Assembly (NCBI GenBank): GCA_003020965.1
Contig: PXRL01000023.1
Location: 37,926 to 101,925 of the forward strand
DNA length: 64,000 nucleotides
From: Halobacteriales archaeon QS_4_69_225
GTDB taxonomy: Archaea; Halobacteriota; Halobacteria; Halobacteriales; Haloarculaceae
Reading direction: 5' to 3'
Shown: piece after piece, positions 1 to 9,997 of the stretch
Layout: the number at the start of each line of letters is the position of its first letter
How positions within the stretch are numbered: the stretch's first letter is position 1
The notes under the pieces: model-generated
Database searches by the model: none
Seen by the model: the letters and a program-made list of their open reading frames with translations, nothing else
What the model was told of the DNA's origin: nothing
Made by a program: the position numbers and the translations under genes

Positions 1-275
1 AGGTCGAGAAGATCCAAGCGGCCGTCGTCTACCTCCTCGAGTGGCTCGACGACCGACTCGAGAAGCGGGCCGACGACGGGGCCGGCGGCCGGCCTGGCCG
101 GGACGGCGCCGACGACGGGACCGACCGGCTCGACGACCGAAACGCGGCCGACGATGGGGCCGACCGGCTCGGGGAGCAAGCCGACGACGAGGCCGATCGA
201 TTCGACGACCGAAACGCGGCTGACGACGGAACCGACGGCCGGCCCGACCGAAACGCGGCCGACGGCCGGGAATAG
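1..275 (+). CDS. 3' end of a gene entering the window; acidic low-complexity tail (DDRNAADDG-like repeats)
   Basis: Open frame from nt 3 (VEKIQAAVVYLLEWLDDRLEKRADDG...) to TAG at 273-275; haloarchaeal GAC/GCC codon usage. Confidence 0.6.
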   Translation, partial: VEKIQAAVVYLLEWLDDRLEKRADDGAGGRPGRDGADDGTDRLDDRNAADDGADRLGEQADDEADRFDDRNAADDGTDGRPDRNAADGRE

Positions 276-301
276 CCCAGTACGGCCGAGGCTGCGTACC
301 C

Positions 302-811
302 TTACTTCTCGCCGGTCGCCAGCCGCCGCAGCAGGTCGTCGACGGCCTCCAGGCGGTCGTCCTGGCCGTCGATGCCGTGTCTGTCGGCGAGATACGCCGG
401 ATCGTTGTAGCTGACACGCACCGCCGAGCCGTCCGCCCAGACCAGCAGCTTCTGCGGCAGATCGATGGCGACGCTGCGGGCCGCCCGCATCAGCGGCGTC
501 CCGACGTCGGGGTTGCCGAAGATGAACAGCGTCGTCGGCGGCAGCTCCCGGTCGACCGAGGCGGCGTTGGCCGCGTGATCGACCGTGGCCAGCAGGGTCA
601 GCCCCGCTGTCTCGATATCGCCCTCGATGCGGTCGACGGTCGTCTCGAAGTCCTCCTCGACGGTGACGGTGACCAGACCCGCCCGGTCCCGCCGTTCGGT
701 GTCTGTCTGGCTCATAGTCGGGGTCGCTTCCTCCTCGTCGCCGGCCGTACAGCCCGCGGCGGCCGCCGCGCCGGTGGCGCCGAGCAGCCGCAGCAGCGTT
801 CGTCGCTCCAT
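302..811 (-). CDS. DUF302-domain Tat lipoprotein
   Basis: MERRTLL twin-Arg signal plus AAGC lipobox; VDHAANA...IFGNPDVGTPLM...IDLPQKLLVW...VSYNDP is DUF302-like. Confidence 0.85.
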   Translation of the reverse strand: MERRTLLRLLGATGAAAAAGCTAGDEEEATPTMSQTDTERRDRAGLVTVTVEEDFETTVDRIEGDIETAGLTLLATVDHAANAASVDRELPPTTLFIFGNPDVGTPLMRAARSVAIDLPQKLLVWADGSAVRVSYNDPAYLADRHGIDGQDDRLEAVDDLLRRLATGEK

Positions 812-1304
812 CCGGACCGTGGTGCGGTGTCCGCGAACAAATCGTTTTCGCGAACGCGCGGACGAAGGGTTCGACCGGAAATCGCAATGCCGCTCCTCGG
901 CGACCGGCGGCCTTCGAAGCGCGCAGACGTCAGCTCGCTCCGGCTCGCGGTGCCGGTTACCCGCCGCTCACCGGGCTACCGCCCGGTTCGGGGACGCTCG
1001 ATCTCCGTCGGGCACGACGCCGACACGGGGCGACAGCGGGTACCGACCGGATCAGCCCGTGCGGGCGGCGACTGCCCGACCTTCGGCGCCGGCGCGACGC
1101 CGCTCGACCGCTTGACGACGTCGAGACCGGAAGCGACGACCGGCTCGGCTACGACCGCGACACGGAGGACGCCCGGGTGCGGTCGGAGCTGTATCTCGCC
1201 TCCGGAATCCGCGTCCGACCGCCGACCTCCCGGCGAGCGGAGCAGGAATTCGATTCTTCGGCGCCCCGGCGTCGCGGCGACATGCGCCGGGTCCGGCACG
1301 CGGA

Positions 1305-2528
1305 CTACCGACGCCGGTAGACGAGCAGCGCGGCCGCGAGCAGTCCGGCCAGCGCGGCCAGCGGCGTGAAGCCGGGGCCGTCGCTGATGGTCGGCGTCGG
1401 GCGGTCCGCGGGGACGTTTCCGCCGCCACCGTCGTTCTGTTGCTGCGTCTGCGTCGCCTGGCTGCCACCGCCGTTGCCGCCGTTGCCGCCGGCGCCCTGT
1501 CCGGACTCCTCGTCGACTTCGTCGTTGCCGCCAGCGTCGTTGCCGCCGCCACCGCCGGCGTCGTCGCCGCCGCTGCCGCCAGGGTCAGCCTCGGTCGGGA
1601 CGGGCGTCGGCGTCGGCGTCGACGTCGCTACCGGGGTTGGCGTCGGCGTCGCGGCCTGCTCCTCGCCGCCGTCGCCGGTTTCGCCGTCCTCGTTCGGCGG
1701 CGGCCCGAGCTTCTGTCGGGCCTCCTGTTCGCTGTCGCACTCGCAGATGTACTGGTAGTTCGACCGCAGGTTGATGCCGATCCGCTCCTTGGGGTCGGGT
1801 TCGCACTCCGAGGACTCCCGAGGGTGCGAGTTCTTATCCGTCTCGCCTTTCGGGCGGTCGTTGCACTTGTTCGAGATGGTGCCGTTGGCGTACCCCTTGA
1901 CGCGGTACCAGCCGGGCTCTTCGGACATCTTCAGACACGGGCCGTCCCGGGAGCCTTTGCCCTGCCGGGCGACGACGGTGTCTCGCGGGGCGAAGTACGG
2001 CGGGACGTTTCCGCTGCCGAAGGCGTCCCAGTCGAAGAAGTACACTCGGAGTCCGTCCTTCTCGAGCGGCGACTCCTCGCGGTGTTCGAGGAGGCTCTCG
2101 TCGGACTGGAAGCCGCTGTTGTCGCTGCCGCGGTCGATGCCGAACTCGACGGTGTTGCCGGAGGTCGTACACTCGCTGTAGTCGATGAACCCCGTCGTGT
2201 CGAGTTCGATGTAGTCGAAGTAGATGCCCTCCTCGCCGCCCTGCTGTCGGATCGGTTCGCCGGCCCGCGCGAAGTAGGTGATGCTGGCGTTGTGGCCGTC
2301 CTGTTCGCTGTGGACCGGGTGGTTGCCGGGGTAGTGGTCGGTCTGGTCGGGGAACGTGATCCTGAACTTGACCTCGCCGTCGCTGGTGTTGTACGTCGGC
2401 GCCTCGTCCTTCCCGTGCTGGTCGGCGGCGGCCGGCCCAGCCGTCACGACCACCGCGAGACCGCCGACGACCACCAGCGTCGCGACGACCAGAAGGGCCG
2501 TCGTTCGCTGCCGTGTGCTCCGCGACAT
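1305..2528 (-). CDS. Secreted cell-surface protein with PGF-CTERM archaeosortase signal
   Basis: N-terminal signal peptide, Cys-containing domain, PT/G-rich linker, C-terminal GPGFTPLAALAGLLAAALLVYRRR. Confidence 0.85.
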   Translation of the reverse strand: MSRSTRQRTTALLVVATLVVVGGLAVVVTAGPAAADQHGKDEAPTYNTSDGEVKFRITFPDQTDHYPGNHPVHSEQDGHNASITYFARAGEPIRQQGGEEGIYFDYIELDTTGFIDYSECTTSGNTVEFGIDRGSDNSGFQSDESLLEHREESPLEKDGLRVYFFDWDAFGSGNVPPYFAPRDTVVARQGKGSRDGPCLKMSEEPGWYRVKGYANGTISNKCNDRPKGETDKNSHPRESSECEPDPKERIGINLRSNYQYICECDSEQEARQKLGPPPNEDGETGDGGEEQAATPTPTPVATSTPTPTPVPTEADPGGSGGDDAGGGGGNDAGGNDEVDEESGQGAGGNGGNGGGSQATQTQQQNDGGGGNVPADRPTPTISDGPGFTPLAALAGLLAAALLVYRRR

Positions 2529-2733
2529 ATTTGCGAAAGATCGGTACCCCGATTAAAAGATGTGATGCTGGCAATCTATCGCTATTTATGTCGACCCCGC
2601 GACGGACGGGGTCGTGTCGGGCCGTCCGGGCGCGGCGAACGGGTCGACCGCATTCCCCCATCGGCGGCCGCTGTCCGGGGGCGCGGCCGGCGCCGTCGGT
2701 CCCGTTTTCCGGCTGGCGACCCTACCCGTGACA

Positions 2734-3849
2734 ATGACTGTCCGAGACGGGCCCCGGGGCGACGACGAGCGGACGCCGCGACGGAACGGCCACGGCGAAC
2801 CACCGGCCGACGTCGCGGTCGACGACGCCGAACTCGGGGCGGGCGCGACGGGCTCGGCCCGAACTCCGACCCCGGATCGGACGACGCACGGCGAGCCGGC
2901 GGTCGAGGTCGAGGGACTCCGGAAACGGTTCGGCGAGGGCGACGACGCCGTCGTCGCCGTCGACGGGGTCTCCTTCGCCGTCGAAACCGGCTCCGTCGTC
3001 GGCCTGCTCGGCCCCAACGGCGCCGGCAAGACGACGCTCATCAAGTCGGTGCTGGGGATGGTGCTGCCCGACGCCGGGACGGTCAGGGTTCGCGGCGTCG
3101 ACGTCGACGATCGGCCGCGGGCGGCCTACGCCAGCGTCGACGCGATGCTGGAGGGTGCCCGCAACGACTACTGGCGGCTCACCGTCCGGGAGAACCTGCG
3201 GTACTTCGCGGCGGTCGGCGGCGTCGACCCCGACGCCGTCGCCGACCGCCACGACCGCCTGCTCGATCAGCTCGGGCTGGCCGACCGGGCCGACACCCCC
3301 GTCCGGGAGCTCTCCCGCGGCATGAAACAGAAGGTGTCGCTGGCGAGCGTGCTGGCCGGCGGCGCCGAGGTGGTCTTCCTCGACGAGCCGACCCTCGGGC
3401 TCGACGTCGAGAGCTCCCGGATTCTCCAGCGGGAGCTGCGGCGACTCGCCGAGGCCGAGGGGCTGACGGTCCTCATCAGCAGTCACGACATGGACGCCAT
3501 CGAGACGGTCTGCGACCGCGTGCTCGTGATGTCGGACGGCCGGGTCGTCGCCGACGACGACGTGGACGCGCTGCTGCGGCGGGCCTCGGCCGGCCGGGTC
3601 GCCGTCGCCAGCCCCGACCTCGACGACGCGACGGTGGCGTCGCTCCGCGAGCGGTTCGACGTCGCCGCCGTCGAGTTCCGCGACCACGCCCCCGGCGCAC
3701 GGGTCGAGGTCGCGGCCGCCGGCGACGCCGTCTACGGGCTGCTGGACCACCTCGAGGCGGCGGGCGTCACCCCCGAGCGGCTCCGGACCGTCGAGCCGGA
3801 CCTCGAGGAGGTCTTCGTCGGCCTCACCGACCTGGAGGACGAGCCGTGA
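2734..3849 (+). CDS. ABC transporter ATP-binding protein (ABC-2 exporter type)
   Basis: GPNGAGKTT Walker A, LSRGMKQK signature, VVFLDEPT Walker B, SSH switch. Confidence 0.93.
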   Translation: MTVRDGPRGDDERTPRRNGHGEPPADVAVDDAELGAGATGSARTPTPDRTTHGEPAVEVEGLRKRFGEGDDAVVAVDGVSFAVETGSVVGLLGPNGAGKTTLIKSVLGMVLPDAGTVRVRGVDVDDRPRAAYASVDAMLEGARNDYWRLTVRENLRYFAAVGGVDPDAVADRHDRLLDQLGLADRADTPVRELSRGMKQKVSLASVLAGGAEVVFLDEPTLGLDVESSRILQRELRRLAEAEGLTVLISSHDMDAIETVCDRVLVMSDGRVVADDDVDALLRRASAGRVAVASPDLDDATVASLRERFDVAAVEFRDHAPGARVEVAAAGDAVYGLLDHLEAAGVTPERLRTVEPDLEEVFVGLTDLEDEP

Positions 3850-4643
3850 GCGCCGGCACCGACGGCCGCCGGGCCGGCTACTACCACCTCGCGCGGGCCG
3901 TCCTCCGGCGGGAGTTCCTGCTGTTCGTCCGCTACCCCGCCGACGCCCTCGGCGGGGTCGTCATCTCGCTGTTCTTCTTCGGCATACTGTTCTACGGCGG
4001 TCGGATGCTCGCCGGACAGGCGCTTTCGGACTCCATCGAGGGCATCGTCGTCGGCTACTTCCTGTGGACGCTGTCGGTCGGCGCCTACTCGTCGATCTCC
4101 AACGACATCGGCAGCGAACTCCAGTGGGGAACCCTCGAACGGCACGTGATGACGCCGTTCGGCTTCGCGCCCGTCGCGCTGCTGAAGGGCGCCGCCAAGG
4201 TCATCCGGACGTTCTTGCTGTCGACGGTCATCCTGGCGGCGATGCTGCTCATCACCGGCACCACGCTCGAACTGCACGCCGTCACCGTCGTCGTCGTCGC
4301 GACGCTGAGCGTCCTCTCGGTGCTGGGGCTCGGCTTCGCCGCCGGCGGCGTCACCGTCCTCTACAAGCGCATCGGCAACTGGCTCAACCTCATCCAGTTC
4401 GGCTTCGTCGTCCTCGTGTCGGCGCCCGTCCTCGAGCTGCCGTGGCTGAAGGTGCTGCCGCTGGCCCACGGTAGCGCGCTGCTGCAGCGGGCGATGGTCG
4501 ACGGCGTCCGGCTGTGGCAGTTCCCGGCGGCCGACCTCGCGCTGCTGGTCGGCGTCGCCGTCGGCTACCTCGGCTTCGGCTACGCCGTCTTCCGGGCGGC
4601 GACCCGCCGCGCCCGCCGGCTCGGCGTCCTCGGGGATTACTGA
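3846..4643 (+). CDS. ABC-2 type permease
   Basis: GTG overlaps the ATPase stop; about 6 TM segments; E..WGTLE motif. Confidence 0.88.
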   Translation: MSAGTDGRRAGYYHLARAVLRREFLLFVRYPADALGGVVISLFFFGILFYGGRMLAGQALSDSIEGIVVGYFLWTLSVGAYSSISNDIGSELQWGTLERHVMTPFGFAPVALLKGAAKVIRTFLLSTVILAAMLLITGTTLELHAVTVVVVATLSVLSVLGLGFAAGGVTVLYKRIGNWLNLIQFGFVVLVSAPVLELPWLKVLPLAHGSALLQRAMVDGVRLWQFPAADLALLVGVAVGYLGFGYAVFRAATRRARRLGVLGDY

Positions 4644-4744
4644 CGCCCGGCGGCCCGGCGACGACTGGCGACCTGGTGGCGCTGATGATGGCTGGCGACA
4701 CCGGCGGCTCTCCGGCGACGCGGCCGATAGAAAACCCGCGACGA

Positions 4745-4918
4745 CTACTCCGCGAAGTAGCTGGTGAAGAACCCCGAGAGGAACGCCGACACCGCGACCG
4801 CGAGGGCGACCTCCGTGAGGTCGTACTCGTCGCCGTCGTCGGCGGCGGCGACCGTGGCGGCGACGCTGATTGCGACCGAGACGATACCGTTGACCGTGTG
4901 CTTGCGGAACGAGCCCAT
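4745..4918 (-). CDS. Small 57-aa membrane protein with two hydrophobic helices (not in ORF track)
   Basis: ATG at 4918: MGSFRKHTVNGIVSVAISVAATVAAADDGDEYDLTEVALAVAVSAFLSGFFTSYFAE*; typical codon usage. Confidence 0.6.
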   Translation of the reverse strand: MGSFRKHTVNGIVSVAISVAATVAAADDGDEYDLTEVALAVAVSAFLSGFFTSYFAE

Positions 4919-5012
4919 ACACCGGCTTCGACGGCCACCGACAATAGAATTGTCATCCCGGCCGGCCCTGCGGGACCCGACGATTCAACCGGCTGCGGGC
5001 CCTCGGTCCGGT

Positions 5013-5624
5013 ATGGCCGAACGCGTCCTCTCGGCGGTCGACCGCCGGAAGCTCGACGACGGCTCCGACGGGGCCTTCTACGACTCGCCGCGGTTCGTCA
5101 CCCACGCCGACGACGGCTTCCTCGACCGCCTGACCGGACTGTACGCCGCGACCGTCCCCGCCGGCGGCCGGGTATTCGACGCCATGAGCAGCTGGGTGTC
5201 GCATCTCCCGGACGACGACTACGAGCGGGTCGTCGGCCACGGGCTCAACGCCGACGAACTGGAAGCGAACGACCGCCTCGACGAGTGGTTCGTCCAGAAT
5301 CTCAACGAGGAACCGGCGCTGCCGCTCGACGACCGGTCGGTCGACGCCGTGCTGTGTGCGCTGTCCGTCCAGTACCTCCAGCACCCGGCAACGGTTTTCT
5401 CGGAGTTCGCCCGCGTGCTGGACGACGACGGGGCCGTCGTCGTGAGCTTCACGAACCGGATGTTCCCGACGAAGGCGGTGCGGGCCTGGCGGACGGCCTC
5501 GATGGACGGCCGCGAGGAGCTGGTCCGGTCGTACGTCGCGGCGACGGACCGCCTCGAGACGGTCCGAACCGTCGACGAGCGGCCGGACGACGACCCCTTC
5601 CGGGCGGTCATCGCCCGCCGCTGA
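5013..5624 (+). CDS. Class I SAM-dependent methyltransferase-like protein
   Basis: FYDSPRFVTHAD, VFDAMSSWVSHLP, VGHGLN..EL..N, SVQYL, SFTNRMFPTKA. Confidence 0.85.
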   Translation: MAERVLSAVDRRKLDDGSDGAFYDSPRFVTHADDGFLDRLTGLYAATVPAGGRVFDAMSSWVSHLPDDDYERVVGHGLNADELEANDRLDEWFVQNLNEEPALPLDDRSVDAVLCALSVQYLQHPATVFSEFARVLDDDGAVVVSFTNRMFPTKAVRAWRTASMDGREELVRSYVAATDRLETVRTVDERPDDDPFRAVIARR

Positions 5625-5641
5625 CGCGGTCCGACCCGACG

Positions 5642-5825
5642 GTATTTACTGGGGAGAGAGTGGCGTCTTTCGGCGGTGATGACGACGTGTCCGGACGCCC
5701 CCTCCCGCTCGCTTCGTCACGAGGCGTCCCTCCCTTCGATCGGTCGGCCTCGCGCCGCGAGCGGTCGGCCCTGTTCGAAGTCCCGCCCGACGTCGGCTGA
5801 CCGGCCGGCTCTCGCGTAACTACAC
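5642..5825. repeat. MITE-like intergenic repeat family X, copy 1
   Basis: Shares the GAGCGGTCGGCCC(C/T)GTTCGA..TCCC..CCGA.G.CG.CTGACCGGCC core and degenerate GT.TTTA.T / A.CTA.A.AC ends with 15609-15878, 45396-45550 and 46709-47047 (reverse). Confidence 0.75.
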
Positions 5826-5878
5826 AGCATCTCCGGACCGCAGCAAAGCCTCAAGCCCGTGGCCCACGAACCGTCGGT

Positions 5879-6292
5879 GTGCAGCGCTCGCTTCTCGTCT
5901 ACGACGGCAGCAACGCCCTGTTCCGGGCCGCCGCCGCGGCGGTCACCGGCAGCTTCGAGGACGTCGAGGCCGTCCGGTGGGGCACCGAGTCGGTGCAGGC
6001 GTTCCTCGAGGCGCAGTTCGGCGGCCGTCCCTTCGCGTTCATGCTCGTCGAGGCCGACGTCGTCCACGTCGGCGAGGAGACCGTCGCCCGGGTCCTGCGG
6101 CGGGGCGGCGCCGCCGACCCGGTCGTCGACGGGGGCCGGCGGGCCTACTCGGCGGTCGCCGGCCCGTTCACCGAGGCTGTCCACGGCCGCCGGGCGGCGG
6201 ACCTCCACGGGACGTTCGATCTGGTACCGGAGGCGGCGGCGCACCTCGAGGAACTCCGGCAGGTCCACGAGGTGCCCGTTCGGGAGCCCTAA
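5879..6292 (+). CDS. DCC1/DUF393-like protein lacking the CxxC
   Basis: LLVYDGS.ALFR start resembles the DCC1 VYDGxCxxC motif; GTG start. Confidence 0.6.
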   Translation: MQRSLLVYDGSNALFRAAAAAVTGSFEDVEAVRWGTESVQAFLEAQFGGRPFAFMLVEADVVHVGEETVARVLRRGGAADPVVDGGRRAYSAVAGPFTEAVHGRRAADLHGTFDLVPEAAAHLEELRQVHEVPVREP

Positions 6293-7170
6293 CCGGTGAG
6301 CGCGCGGTCGATGGCCCTCTCGACCGGCGTCCGGTCGATGGGGATGACGTTCTGGAGGTCCCGCTCGGGGTCGACCGTCACCGGGTGCCGCATGCTCTCG
6401 ACCAGCGGCCGGGCGATGGCGTACTGGACGTCGGTCGTCAGCCGGAGCCAGTAGGACGACAGCTCCGGCGACATCACCGGCACCGGGACGATGAGCACGC
6501 GCTTGCCCTTGGCGTCGGCCGTCTGCCGCAGCAGCGACTGGTAGGACCACACCGACGGCGCGCCGATGTCGTAGGTGCCGCCGCGGGTCGCCTCGGCGTC
6601 GAGCACGTCGACGAGGTAGGTGATGGCGTCGTCGGCGGCGACCGGCTGACAGGGCGTCCGGACCCACTTCGGGACCGTCATCACGGGCAGGCGGTCGGTG
6701 AGGTCGTCGACGATGCGGAAGCTGGTGCTGTCGGTGCCGATGATGATGGCCGCCCGCAGCACCGTCAGGTCGAACTCGCCGGCGCTGAGCACCGACTCGA
6801 CCTCCCGGCGGGAGGCCAGATGCGGCGAAAGGTCCCGCTCGTCGCCGCTGATGCCGCTGAGGTAGACCACCCGGTCGACGCCGGCCGCCGACGCCCGTTC
6901 GCGGAACCGGCGGGCGTAGGTCCGGTCCAGCTCCGCGAAGTTCTCGGCGGTCAGCGAGTGAATCAGGTAGTAGGCGGCGTCGACGCCCTCGCAGAGCCCC
7001 TCCAGCGTCTGCGGATCGCCGAGGTCGCCCTCGAACGGCTCGACGCCGTCCGGGAACTCCGCGCTGTCGGCGCTCCGGGAGAACGCCACCACCTCGTGGC
7101 CCGCCTCCAGCAGCGCCTCCACCAGTCGACTCCCGACGAACCCGGTCGCGCCGACGATGAGTACACGCAC
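6289..7170 (-). CDS. NAD(P)-binding epimerase/dehydratase (YbjT-like atypical SDR)
   Basis: VLIVGATGFVGSRL Rossmann motif, AYYLIHSL, SPHLASRREVE, LRAAIIIG; GTG start at 7170. Confidence 0.9.
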   Translation of the reverse strand: MRVLIVGATGFVGSRLVEALLEAGHEVVAFSRSADSAEFPDGVEPFEGDLGDPQTLEGLCEGVDAAYYLIHSLTAENFAELDRTYARRFRERASAAGVDRVVYLSGISGDERDLSPHLASRREVESVLSAGEFDLTVLRAAIIIGTDSTSFRIVDDLTDRLPVMTVPKWVRTPCQPVAADDAITYLVDVLDAEATRGGTYDIGAPSVWSYQSLLRQTADAKGKRVLIVPVPVMSPELSSYWLRLTTDVQYAIARPLVESMRHPVTVDPERDLQNVIPIDRTPVERAIDRALTG

Positions 7171-7309
7171 GACCCGGGCTACGGTCCGACCCCGGAAGGA
7201 TGTTCCGTCGGGACCACCGACGGTGTTCGACAAGCGGTGACCGGCGAGCCAACTTCCGCCGGTCAGTCGGCCGGCTCCCGGCGGACCGAACGGGCGAGAC
7301 GCTGCGCGG

Positions 7310-7912
7310 CGGCGACGCCGTGGTCCGAGAGAGCGACGTTCTCTCGTCATCTGCTCGCGGGCGGCGGCGCCGCCCGTTCGCACGATCCGCGGGACCGGAG
7401 GTCTCGCTCACTCACGAACGGCGCTTCGTGCCTTTCGAACGACCACGGAACCGGGTGCCGGCAGCGCCGGCACCCCGCGCGGCACCGTCGCGCGAGGACA
7501 CCACAGGGCGCGACGTGCCCGAAGTGCGTCGTTCGGAAGACTTCTGATCGTCCGCGATCACGAAGCTCTCCGGGTTTCGGACGACAGCGAGCAGCAGCGA
7601 GACGCGACCTGCGAGGCCGACCGGAGGGAGGCCTCGGTTGGCCGAGCGGTGGAAACCGCGAGGCAGCGAGCGCCTCGACGGCGAACGGCGTCCTCGCGAG
7701 TGAAGCGAGCGAGGGCTCGGCAGAGCGCCGCTCTGCCGGTGAGCACCGCGAGCGGACGCGCGCAGCGAGACGACGACTCGAAGTCGCCCCGAGCCGCGTG
7801 AGCGGGCGGCGAGACGGTTTCACCGCCTCGAATTCGCGGCGCGTCGCGCCGCACCGCGCCGCGCATGGCCCGCGGGCAGCAGTCGACAGCGCCGAGGGCC
7901 CTCCCCGCTTTC
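7310..7912. repeat. Long mosaic multi-hairpin intergenic repeat
   Basis: About 7316-7502 is the reverse complement of about 42614-42800; about 7690-7740 is the reverse complement of about 15709-15762; 7529-7584 matches the 56-nt module at 46925 and 54594. Confidence 0.75.
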
Positions 7913-7987
7913 CGTTCTCTCGATCTTCGTTCGAGCACCATTCCGTGGAGACGTACGCTTAAGACGGTCGCGACAGCAGATGACGGT

Positions 7988-9322
7988 ATGCTCGCCGACG
8001 TCGACCGCGTCGCGGTGCCGGGCGCGGGCAACATGGGACACGGCATCGCCGAGGTCGTCGCGATGGCCGGCTACGAGGTGACGATGCGGGACGTCGAGCC
8101 GGCGTTCGTCGAGGAGGGATACGGGGAGATCGAGTGGTCCCTGGAGAAGCTCGCCGAGAGGAACCGCCTCGACGAGTCGCCGGCGGCGGTGCTGTCGCGG
8201 ATCGAGACGACGACGGACCTGAAGGCGGCCGTCGACGACGCCTCCGAGGCGTTCGACTGGCTCCGGATCGAGGCCCGCATCATCGACGAGGCCGCCGGGC
8301 TGGTCGGACAGGGCGTCGCGACGCCGGAGGACATCGACACCGGGCTCCGGCTCGGCGCCGGCTTCCCGGAGGGGCCGTGCCGGCGGGCCGACACGCTCGG
8401 GCTCGACACGGTGCTGGAGAAGCTGGAGACGCTGCGGGAGGCGACCGGCGCCGAGCGGTACGAGCCGTCGGATCACCTCCGGGAGCTGGTCGAGGCCGGT
8501 CGGACCGGCGAGGACGCCGGCGCCGGCTTCTACGAGTACGGCGCCGACGCCGGCCGCGATTACACGACGATCGACGTCGAGCTACGGAACGACGGACTGC
8601 TGGCGGTGACGCTCGACCGGACCGAGCGGTTGAACGCCCTCGACCAGAACATGATGAACGAGATCGTCCACGTTCTGGAGACGGCGGACCTCGAGACGGT
8701 CCGGGCGGTGGCCTTCGAGGGCGCCGGCGACCGGGCCTTCTCGGCGGGGGCGGACGTCACCGGCTTCGCGGGCGTCGACCCCCACGAGGTCGAGGTGACG
8801 CCGGTCTTCCGGACGGTCGCGGAGTTCCCCCGGCCGACGCTGGCGAAGATCGACGGCTACTGTCTCGGCGGGGGCCACGAACTGGCGCTGGCCTGCGACC
8901 TGCGGATCGCGACGACGGACTCGGAGTTCGGCTTCCCGGAGATCGACCTCGGGCTGATCCCCGGCGGCGGCGGCACCCAGCGGGTCGTCCGGATGCTGAC
9001 CGAAGCGCGGGCGAAGGAGCTCGTCTTCCGGGGCAACCGCATCGACGCCGACACCGCCGAGGACTGGGGGCTCATCAACCGCGCCGTCCCCGAGGCGGAG
9101 TTCGAGGCGACCGTCGAGGAGTTCGTCGACGACCTCGTCTCCGGACCGCCGGTCGCCCTGCGGAAGGCGAAGCAGGTGATGGACGAGGGCCGCGACGCCG
9201 ACATCGACGCCGGGCTCCGCATGGAGTCGCAGGCCTTCGGCCTGCTGCTGTCGACGGAGGACATGTCGGAGGGCGCCGAGGCGTTCACCGCCGACCGCGA
9301 CCCGGAGTTCGAGGGCCGATGA
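7988..9322 (+). CDS. 3-hydroxyacyl-CoA dehydrogenase / enoyl-CoA hydratase fusion, with apparent internal in-frame deletion
   Basis: GAGNMGHGIA, DIDTGLRLGAGFPEGP, FSAGAD, GYCLGGGHELALACD, FPEIDLGLIPGGGGTQR; the EAVPE, SNTS and HFFNP motifs are absent. Confidence 0.85.
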   Translation: MLADVDRVAVPGAGNMGHGIAEVVAMAGYEVTMRDVEPAFVEEGYGEIEWSLEKLAERNRLDESPAAVLSRIETTTDLKAAVDDASEAFDWLRIEARIIDEAAGLVGQGVATPEDIDTGLRLGAGFPEGPCRRADTLGLDTVLEKLETLREATGAERYEPSDHLRELVEAGRTGEDAGAGFYEYGADAGRDYTTIDVELRNDGLLAVTLDRTERLNALDQNMMNEIVHVLETADLETVRAVAFEGAGDRAFSAGADVTGFAGVDPHEVEVTPVFRTVAEFPRPTLAKIDGYCLGGGHELALACDLRIATTDSEFGFPEIDLGLIPGGGGTQRVVRMLTEARAKELVFRGNRIDADTAEDWGLINRAVPEAEFEATVEEFVDDLVSGPPVALRKAKQVMDEGRDADIDAGLRMESQAFGLLLSTEDMSEGAEAFTADRDPEFEGR

Positions 9323-9783
9323 GCGACGACGACGCCGACCCGCCGTCCGTCTTCGCCGGCATCGAGGAGGGCGAGACGACCGTCACGCAGGGCCGGACCA
9401 TCACCGAGGCCGACGTGACCAACTTCGCCGGCGTCTCCGGGGACTTCAACCACCTCCACACCGACGCCGAGCGGATGGACGAGTCGATGTTCGGCGAGCG
9501 CATCGCCCACGGCATGCTGGTCGTCTCGGCGGCGACCGGCCTGCTGTGGCAGTCCCGGTCCCCCGAAGAGCGGGAGGCGCTGGTGGCCTTCTACGGAATC
9601 GACGACCTGCGGTTCCGGCAGCCGGTCTACGTCGGCGACACGATCCACGTCGAAAGCGAGGTCGTCGAGACCCGCCCGCGGGACGACGGCCCCGGCAACG
9701 GCACCGTCCGGGCGGCCGTCGAGGTCGTCACCCAGCGCGACCAGACGGTCGTCTCGTGTGAGATGACGTCGCTGTTGCGGTAG
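9319..9783 (+). CDS. MaoC-family (R)-specific enoyl-CoA hydratase
   Basis: RTITEADVTNFAGVSGDFNHLH...GERIAHG...FRQPVYVGDT. Confidence 0.9.
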   Translation: MSDDDADPPSVFAGIEEGETTVTQGRTITEADVTNFAGVSGDFNHLHTDAERMDESMFGERIAHGMLVVSAATGLLWQSRSPEEREALVAFYGIDDLRFRQPVYVGDTIHVESEVVETRPRDDGPGNGTVRAAVEVVTQRDQTVVSCEMTSLLR

Positions 9784-9997
9784 CAGGGTCGTCTCGTCGA
9801 GCCGTACGGTCGGTCGGGGCCGTCCGGCGCGCTGTTTGAAACTGGCAGATGGCCCCCGACAGATGGGTAGTCGAATCGAATCCTTCTCTCGACACACGGA
9901 CTGTACGCCGTATTCGGCCGGCGCGAGCGGAAGTGACGGGATCACGACCCGCGGGCGGCCACAAGCCATATACCCCACAGGACGCGACGTTCGCGCC

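Noticed and set aside
60-275. Repeated GACGACCGAAACGCGGC motifs
   Set aside because: In-frame low-complexity protein tail of a gene truncated by the window edge.
1440-4643. 1067-aa ORF and many other long Arg/Gly-rich ORFs (e.g. 47047-50130, 35017-37290, 5977-7962)
   Set aside because: These are shadow frames of real genes in GC-rich DNA. Only the C-terminal part of 1440-4643 (the permease) is genuine.
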